A stretch of 64,000 bases of DNA, taken from the NCBI GenBank assembly GCA_029775855.1, contig JARVJZ010000004.1, positions 128,001 through 192,000 of the forward strand. The letters are read 5' to 3'. The translations under genes and the position numbers were made by a program. This DNA comes from Nitrososphaeria archaeon (GTDB taxonomy: Archaea; Thermoproteota; Nitrososphaeria; Nitrososphaerales; JAAOZN01). Under the pieces are notes generated by a model, which ran no database searches, had not been told where the DNA came from, and saw only the letters and a list, made by a program, of their open reading frames with translations. This document shows, piece after piece, positions 57,767 to 64,000 of the stretch (position 1 is the stretch's first letter; each line of letters opens with the position of its first letter).

Positions 57767-58024
57767 TCAGGTAGAAAACTTTTCCTTTAACTCCTCTACC
57801 TCAGCTTCTAAAATAGTTAAGCGCTGTATTCACATCTAACCGCTTCTCCAGACCCTCGAAGCTGCGTTCAAGAGCGTCCAGCCGCGCATCAACAGCCTTA
57901 AAGCGCTCATCGACGGTAGTTCTCAAACCGTATACGCTTGTTCTTAAATCATCGATTCTCTTATTTATCTCTATCAACTCCTCCTTCAATAAAGCAAGAT
58001 ATGTTGAAAATATCTCCCACTCAT
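57767..58024 (-). pseudogene. Frameshifted coiled-coil protein gene
   Basis: Heptad ORF (LIEINKRIDDL ... LEKRLDV) continues after one extra A near 57830 as IQRLTILEAEVEELKEKFST*; the nearest ATG (58024) is also out of frame. Confidence 0.55.
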
Positions 58025-58073
58025 AATCGTATGACCAACAAGCTTATTTCTCCAGCCTTACACTACTTGTTAA

Positions 58074-59663
58074 ATGCATCCTACTCAACCCCTATTGGCC
58101 TCTGAAGGGATTGTTGCCTCAGCACACCCCTTAGCTTCACTCGCTGGGATTCGCGTAATGCAAGAGGGTGGGAATGCGTTTGATGCTGCTATAGCGGTTA
58201 ACGCTGTGCTTAACGTCACTCAACCCCATATGTGCGGTATTGGTGGGGACATATTCTACCTTCTGTATTCTTCTGACGAGGGGTGTGTGCGCTTCCTTAA
58301 TGGTAGCGGTAGGGCTGCTAAAAGAGCAAATATAGAATACTTTCTTCAACGCGGGCTAAAGAAAATTCCTTCCTACGGGCAGCTGGCTTGCGTGACTGTG
58401 CCTGGATGCGTTAGCGGTTGGGAAGCATTAAACAAAAAGTATGGCTCAAAGGGGTTAGGTGAACTTCTACGCTTCGCCATAGAATACGCTCAAAAAGGAA
58501 TTCCAGTAAGTAGAAACTTGGCTAACACTATCACACAAATCTCCAAAAGCGAAGCTTCCAGTAGCTGGTTTAAAGTGTATACGCCGAACGGAAGGGCTCC
58601 TAGGGAAGGGGATATTTTGAAGCAAGAGGCTCTTAGTAGAAGTCTCAGAGTTGTTGCTGAAGGTGGTGCTGAAGCCTTTTACGCTATGTTGGCTGAAGAG
58701 ATCTCTGAGAATGAGCCTGAGATTCTGCTTACTGAAGAGGACTTTACTACGCATACATCGGATTGGGGTGAGCCGATTTCAACAGAGTATCGTGGATATG
58801 TTGTTTATGAGACGCCGCCTAACACGCAAGCCATCTCAACTCTAATTGCTTTAAATGTGTTAGAAGGCTTTGATCTAAGTGGAAAGGCTCATCATTCGGC
58901 TGAAACCATACACATCTTGGTCGAAGCCGTAAGGCTTGCATATGAAGATAGAGCCAGATACATAGCAGACCCAAGATTCATTGAAATTCCTGTAGATTAT
59001 CTACTTTCGAAAAAGCATGCATCTGATCTTAGGGGAAGAATATCTCTTAACCAAGCCTTACCCTATGCAGAAGAAGTTTGGACGAATGAAGGAGATACGA
59101 CCTACTTTGCTGTTGTAGATAAAGATAGGAACTGTGTCTCTTGTGTCCAAAGCCTATACCACCCCTTCGGCTCACGCGTAGTAGTTGGTAAAAGCGGTGT
59201 AGTATTGCATAACAGAGGCTCATACTTCACACTAGATCCTAAGCATCATAATAGGCTTGAACCTGGTAAGAGACCCTTCCACACGCTATGCGCATCTATC
59301 ACGTTTAAAGAAGAAGAGCCGCATATTATCTTAGGCTCTATGGGTGGAGATGGGCAACCGCAAACACATCTACAGATCCTATCCTCAATCATAGACTATG
59401 GGTTGAATATTCAAGAAGCTATCTATAAACCAAGATGGGTTCTCCCCGGCACCATATATGAGAAGCATAAGATTCTGCTTTTGGAAGGGAGGTTTTCAAG
59501 CAGCGTGGTCGATGGGCTTAAGGCATTAGAGCATAAGGTTAGTGTAATAGAGCCATTCTCATCTATGATGGGGCACGCTCAAGGTGTTGTGATTAGCAAC
59601 GGTGGTAAGGTAATACAAGGAGGCGCTGACCCACGAGGCGATGGGTTGGCGATAGGCTACTAA
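58074..59663 (+). CDS. ggt: Gamma-glutamyltransferase
   Basis: GGNAFDAA, GIGGD, DTTYF nucleophile, PGKRPFHT, ADPRGDG. Confidence 0.93.
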   Translation: MHPTQPLLASEGIVASAHPLASLAGIRVMQEGGNAFDAAIAVNAVLNVTQPHMCGIGGDIFYLLYSSDEGCVRFLNGSGRAAKRANIEYFLQRGLKKIPSYGQLACVTVPGCVSGWEALNKKYGSKGLGELLRFAIEYAQKGIPVSRNLANTITQISKSEASSSWFKVYTPNGRAPREGDILKQEALSRSLRVVAEGGAEAFYAMLAEEISENEPEILLTEEDFTTHTSDWGEPISTEYRGYVVYETPPNTQAISTLIALNVLEGFDLSGKAHHSAETIHILVEAVRLAYEDRARYIADPRFIEIPVDYLLSKKHASDLRGRISLNQALPYAEEVWTNEGDTTYFAVVDKDRNCVSCVQSLYHPFGSRVVVGKSGVVLHNRGSYFTLDPKHHNRLEPGKRPFHTLCASITFKEEEPHIILGSMGGDGQPQTHLQILSSIIDYGLNIQEAIYKPRWVLPGTIYEKHKILLLEGRFSSSVVDGLKALEHKVSVIEPFSSMMGHAQGVVISNGGKVIQGGADPRGDGLAIGY

Positions 59664-59674
59664 GGTAATGCAAG

Positions 59675-60340
59675 ATGCCTAACATCGCTGCAGTAGTCTT
59701 CGATTTCGACGGCACACTTGTAGATGAAAGCAAAATCTTTGAACAATCTCTGATATACGCTTGCAAGGCAGTTGGTTTTACACTGTTAGGCAAAGGTGAG
59801 ATTAAGCGCTTGGCTAAACAGCATCCAGACATCTATCTGCAGCGCGTAATACCTACTGACATAGCCGATAGAAATAAGCTTGTAGAGCGTTTTCTTAAAT
59901 CATTTACAGAAGCATATGAGCGCAATGGGCATAAGCAAGCTAAACTCGTTAAGCACGCTAAACCGCTGTTGAGAGCGTTAAAGATGAGTGGTGTAAAGGT
60001 TGGTTTGATAACCCGGAGGATAACCTTGTGGCGTGCTGTGCCGGAAATACTTCAGATGTTCTCAATATCTACATTGGTGGATAGGTTAGTAACTTGCAGG
60101 GAAGCAGAGAGCAAAGTGGAGCAGCTAAGGATATGTCTAAAAGATCTTCAAGTAAAGGCTTCAGCATCATCAGTGGTAGGGGATACTGCTGAAGACATCT
60201 ATGCTGGTAAAGCGGTTGGATGCTTAACCATAGCGTATACAAAGGGTTTCGGAAGCAAAATCGAGATTTTAAGAGCCGAACCAGACTACCTTGTCGCAGA
60301 CCTCATAGATGTGCTGCAAATACTTGCATCAATAAAGTAA
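59675..60340 (+). CDS. HAD family hydrolase
   Basis: FDFDGTL, VGDT, EPDY. Confidence 0.88.
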   Translation: MPNIAAVVFDFDGTLVDESKIFEQSLIYACKAVGFTLLGKGEIKRLAKQHPDIYLQRVIPTDIADRNKLVERFLKSFTEAYERNGHKQAKLVKHAKPLLRALKMSGVKVGLITRRITLWRAVPEILQMFSISTLVDRLVTCREAESKVEQLRICLKDLQVKASASSVVGDTAEDIYAGKAVGCLTIAYTKGFGSKIEILRAEPDYLVADLIDVLQILASIK

Positions 60341-60374
60341 AGCCTAACTTCAACTTCCTACCTAGCTCTGGTGG

Positions 60375-61022
60375 ATGAGGACAGCACGCTTATATTGGAT
60401 AGACCCATATATCAGCGACTTTAACGCTAAAGTCGAATACATAAACGGTAAAGAAGTTGTGTTAGATGGCACCTACTTCTACCCTCAAGGCGGAGGACAG
60501 ATCTATGATACTGGCACAATCTCAGAGATTAGAGTGGTAAAAGTTAGGAGAGAAGGCGACTTGATTATACACACACTCGAATCAGAACCAAACTTTCAAG
60601 TAGGCAGTGTAGTGGAGTGTAAGGTTGACTGGAGTAGAAGATATAAGATAATGAAACTACATTCATCAGCCCACCTACTTTACTACGCCATGCAAGAAGA
60701 ATTCGGCGAAGAATGCAGACCGGCAAGCCCAGGCTTGACGGATGATGTTAAATCGAGAGAAGACTACATCTTCAAAGAAAAGATAGACCTACAGAGGCTT
60801 CGACGCGTTGAGGAGAAGGTGAACACTCTGATAGCAGCCAACCTAAACATACACACTTGGAGTGAGGGGGAGACAAGATACTGGAAGATAGAACCCTATC
60901 CACCTATGCTGTGCGGAGGCACGCACCCAAAGAAGACTGGCGAAATAGGCGCAGTGAAAGTTAGCAGAGGAAAAAAGCCAGGGGCTGGAAAGGAGAGGAT
61001 AGAAGTAACCTTACTAGCGTAA
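60375..61022 (+). CDS. alaXM: Free-standing alanyl-tRNA editing protein AlaX-M
   Basis: FYPQGGGQ, HSSAH, CGGTH. Confidence 0.9.
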   Translation: MRTARLYWIDPYISDFNAKVEYINGKEVVLDGTYFYPQGGGQIYDTGTISEIRVVKVRREGDLIIHTLESEPNFQVGSVVECKVDWSRRYKIMKLHSSAHLLYYAMQEEFGEECRPASPGLTDDVKSREDYIFKEKIDLQRLRRVEEKVNTLIAANLNIHTWSEGETRYWKIEPYPPMLCGGTHPKKTGEIGAVKVSRGKKPGAGKERIEVTLLA

Positions 61023-61080
61023 AGATTACATTAAAGTTTATTTTCTTCACGGAAGTGGGTAGAGTGGAGCAACTCCAGAA

Positions 61081-61157
61081 GCCGCCGTAGCTCAGCGTGG
61101 TAGAGCAGCTGGCTGTTAACCAGTTGGTCGTCGGTTCAAGTCCGACCGGCGGCGCCA
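61081..61157 (+). tRNA. tRNA-Asn(GTT), intronless, CCA encoded
   Basis: Canonical cloverleaf, loop CTGTTAA, ends GGCG-CCA. Confidence 0.96.
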
Positions 61158-61225
61158 CCCTTTTTCAACTAGCTGTAAATTGCATCCTTAACCTTATATC
61201 TTACTGCTGTCTCGTCGCATATAGG

Positions 61226-61852
61226 ATGAATTCAGATGTGCTGTCGATCTTAACAAGCCGCTTCGAAGCGATTAAGAGTAGGGACGCTGAGAAGATCATG
61301 GGGTTGATAGAGCTGAGACGCTACACTAAGTTTGATGACTGGCCTCCTTTTAAGAGGATGAAGATGGATGGGTTTGAGGAGGAGAAAGCAGCTTTAAAGG
61401 TCTTGAAGGAGTATGTATATAAGATTGAGGAACCTATGATTGAAGTAAACGGAGACACAGCTTGGGCAACATTCTACTTGAGCTATGCTGGTGTTATTCG
61501 CGACATGGAATTCGCCATAAAATCAAGGGCAACAGTCATATTTGTGAAGACTCAAGGTGAGTGGAAGATCGTGCACGAGCACTACTCTAGGATTCCTGGT
61601 TTAGAGCCCACAGACTTGTTAAGAGGAGCTGAACAAATCAAGGTTGAGGAGGATCTGTTAGAGAAGAGGATTCTAGAGGCTTTGGCTGATGGTAGTGCTT
61701 TGACAGCTATAGAGATATCGGAGAGAATAGGCAAGGTTAGCGGGGAGAAGGTTGAGCCCTCTGAAGTTGCTAGAAAGTGCAGAGAACTTGTGGAGAGGAA
61801 AAAGCTTGAAAAAGAAGGTTTTCTGCAGCCTAAGTATAGGCTGAAGCGGTAA
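61226..61852 (+). CDS. SnoaL/NTF2-like domain fused to a C-terminal winged helix (start moved to ATG 61226)
   Basis: GDTAW, RATVIF, WKIVHEHYS; C-terminal ILEAL ... LTAIEISERIG ... KYRL; the track start lies inside tRNA-Asn. Confidence 0.75.
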   Translation: MNSDVLSILTSRFEAIKSRDAEKIMGLIELRRYTKFDDWPPFKRMKMDGFEEEKAALKVLKEYVYKIEEPMIEVNGDTAWATFYLSYAGVIRDMEFAIKSRATVIFVKTQGEWKIVHEHYSRIPGLEPTDLLRGAEQIKVEEDLLEKRILEALADGSALTAIEISERIGKVSGEKVEPSEVARKCRELVERKKLEKEGFLQPKYRLKR

Positions 61853-61867
61853 GGTGAGGAAGCAGAC

Positions 61868-62716
61868 TTGACTCCAAAGAGTGATGATGTAGCGGCTGCG
61901 TATAATATACCGCGCCCTAAAGAATATTTGATGAAGGCATCTAGAATAGTAGTCAAGGTCGGCACAAGCAACCTAACCGAAGAAGACTCAAAGATAAGTG
62001 AAGCGAAGATCAAAAGGCTTGTCGACACTATTATGGCTTTAAAGAGAGAAGGGCGTGAAGTCTTTTTAGTCACCTCAGGCGCTATAGCTTCAGGCTTAGG
62101 CGCATTAGGTTTAAAGGCACGCCCTAGGCAGATGCCTTTTCTACAAGCAGCTGCTTCTATAGGTCAGAGCATACTTATGAAGACTTATGCTGAACACTTT
62201 GCCAAGTATAATCAGATGGTAGCCCAACTTCTCCTAACAAAGGAGGACTTTATGGATGAGCATAGACATCAGAATCTCATGAATACTCTGGAGGCTCTAA
62301 TAACTTGGGGTGTGCTTCCGATAGTGAATGAAAATGATACTGTTGCTGTAGATGAAATTAGATTTGGAGATAACGATAACCTCGCCGCACTGCTAAGTAT
62401 AAGTGTTAAAGCAGACCTTCTTGTGCTGCTTTCAGACGTAGATGGTATATACACCAGCGACCCTAATTTAACATCTGCATCTAAACCCATACGCACTTTA
62501 ACCTCTGTGACACCCGAGTTGGAGGCTATGGCTGGAGGGGCGCATAGAGGTTCAGGTGGGCTGATAACCAAATTACAGGCAGCAAAGGTAACTCTACAAG
62601 CTGGTATACCTATGGCAATCGTAAACGGTGAAGAGCCTAACGCCATCCAAATGCTTCTTAGAGGCGAGATGATTGGTACATTATTTGTGCCTATGAGTCT
62701 GGTGAAGGTGAGTTGA
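61868..62716 (+). CDS. proB: Glutamate 5-kinase (no PUA domain)
   Basis: VVKVGT, VTSGAI, VNENDTV, FGDNDNL. Confidence 0.93.
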   Translation: MTPKSDDVAAAYNIPRPKEYLMKASRIVVKVGTSNLTEEDSKISEAKIKRLVDTIMALKREGREVFLVTSGAIASGLGALGLKARPRQMPFLQAAASIGQSILMKTYAEHFAKYNQMVAQLLLTKEDFMDEHRHQNLMNTLEALITWGVLPIVNENDTVAVDEIRFGDNDNLAALLSISVKADLLVLLSDVDGIYTSDPNLTSASKPIRTLTSVTPELEAMAGGAHRGSGGLITKLQAAKVTLQAGIPMAIVNGEEPNAIQMLLRGEMIGTLFVPMSLVKVS

Positions 62717-64000
62717 GCACCGTTAGAGAATTGGCGTTAGAGGCTAGAAGAGCGTTTTACGAGTTAGCGAAGCTGCCACGCTCCACTAAAGATAAGGCTC
62801 TAATGGAGATGGCTGATACGATATGGAGAGAGAAGGATAGGCTACTTGAGGCTGCTTTAACAGATGTTAAATCAGCTCAAGCAGAGGTCGAGGCTGGTAG
62901 GCTTACAAAGCCTGTCTTGGAGCGGCTTAAGCTAGATGAGGTAAAGCTGAAGGCTATAGTCGATATGGTTAAAAGCGTTGCTGCACTCGACGACCCAGTC
63001 GGTAAGACTCTTTACGCTGTTGAGTTAGATGACGGCTTTGAACTCTATAAAGTGACTTGCCCACTTGGCGTCATAGGTGTAGTCTTTGAGGCGAGACCGG
63101 ATGTGCTACCTCAGATTTCAAGTCTATGCCTAAAGTCTGGTAATGCGGTTATACTAAAAGGTGGGCGTGAAGCAGCGAATATAAACCGCGCGCTCTACAC
63201 AGTCATCAAAGAATCTACAGAGAGAGTAGGCATCCCAAGAGGTTGGATTCAACTCCTAGAAGCTAGAGAAGAAATCATGGAGCTTTTAAAGCAAGATGAT
63301 TTAGTTGATCTGATCGTGCCAAGAGGAAGTAATGAGTTCGTCAGATTCGTGCAGGAGAACACACGGATACCAGTCTTAGGGCACTCATCTGGTGTATGCC
63401 AGATATATGTGGATAAGGCTGCTGATATTACTAAGGCAGTTGAGGTGTGTTTCGATGCGAAAGTGCAGTATCCTGCGGTCTGTAATGCCGTTGAATGCAT
63501 ACTGGTGCATAAAGATGTTGCACACACATTCCTACCCAAGTTGGCTGAATGGTTCTCGAAGGCTGGTGTTGAGATGAGATGCTGCCCAAGGGCTAAGGAA
63601 GCTTTAAGCGGTTTTAATGTTAGAGATGCTACAGAAGAAGACTGGGGCCGTGAATACTTAGATTTGAAGGTCGCTTTAAGAGTAGTAGATTCTTTGGAGG
63701 AAGCAGTTGACTACATAAATAAATACGGCTCCAAACACACAGATGCTATAATAACTGAAGACCGCTCTGCAGCCTCAAGATTTATAGCTGGTGTGGACTC
63801 GTCAACGGTGATACACAACGCTTCAACGCGTTTCAGCGACGGCTACAGATTCGGCTTAGGCGCAGAAGTAGGAATAAGCACAAGCAAGATACACGCAAGA
63901 GGACCAGTAGGGCTAGAAGGGCTAGTAACATACAAATACATCCTATTAGGAGACGGGCAGAAAGTTTCAACATATATAGGTGCTAACGCAAAGAAGTTCA
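62713..64000 (+). CDS. proA: Gamma-glutamyl phosphate reductase, truncated by the window end (not in the ORF track)
   Basis: TTG start overlapping the proB stop; PLGVIGVVFEARP, LKSGNAVILKGG, VPRG, CNAVE, NASTRFSDG, HARGPVGLEGL. Confidence 0.93.
   Translation, partial: MSTVRELALEARRAFYELAKLPRSTKDKALMEMADTIWREKDRLLEAALTDVKSAQAEVEAGRLTKPVLERLKLDEVKLKAIVDMVKSVAALDDPVGKTLYAVELDDGFELYKVTCPLGVIGVVFEARPDVLPQISSLCLKSGNAVILKGGREAANINRALYTVIKESTERVGIPRGWIQLLEAREEIMELLKQDDLVDLIVPRGSNEFVRFVQENTRIPVLGHSSGVCQIYVDKAADITKAVEVCFDAKVQYPAVCNAVECILVHKDVAHTFLPKLAEWFSKAGVEMRCCPRAKEALSGFNVRDATEEDWGREYLDLKVALRVVDSLEEAVDYINKYGSKHTDAIITEDRSAASRFIAGVDSSTVIHNASTRFSDGYRFGLGAEVGISTSKIHARGPVGLEGLVTYKYILLGDGQKVSTYIGANAKKF

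Noticed and set aside
61097-61225. N-terminal extension of the 251-aa ORF
   Set aside because: It overlaps tRNA-Asn; ATG 61226 is the more plausible start.

Overview
Archaeal chromosomal window: TATA/BRE-type promoters, BHB-intron tRNAs, Cbf5, DtdA, Hef and porGDAB. A DUF106-cmk-cbf5 block without rpl34e/rpl14e and a SerB with a DxE motif suggest Nitrososphaerota/TACK; this is inference. The first ~12.6 kb is accessory-like: an AT-rich radical SAM gene, a 2054-aa surface-anchored protein, a gene pair resembling a cohesin/dockerin surface module with Tyr-Gly and helical repeats, divergent tRNA-Gly(CCC) and tRNA-Ser(GGA), and a four-gene nuclease cassette next to tRNA-Ser. The rest is mainly housekeeping, metabolism and transport. 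Elements absent from the ORF track: five tRNAs (Ser with up to three introns, two Gly tRNAs both with C33, Thr with A18/G55, Asn), a dual-guide C/D box sRNA, two microproteins, two pseudogene relics, a PadR-type operator and proA running off the right end. Family calls are motif recognition by eye, not database searches. No rRNA, CRISPR array, integrase or transposase was seen.
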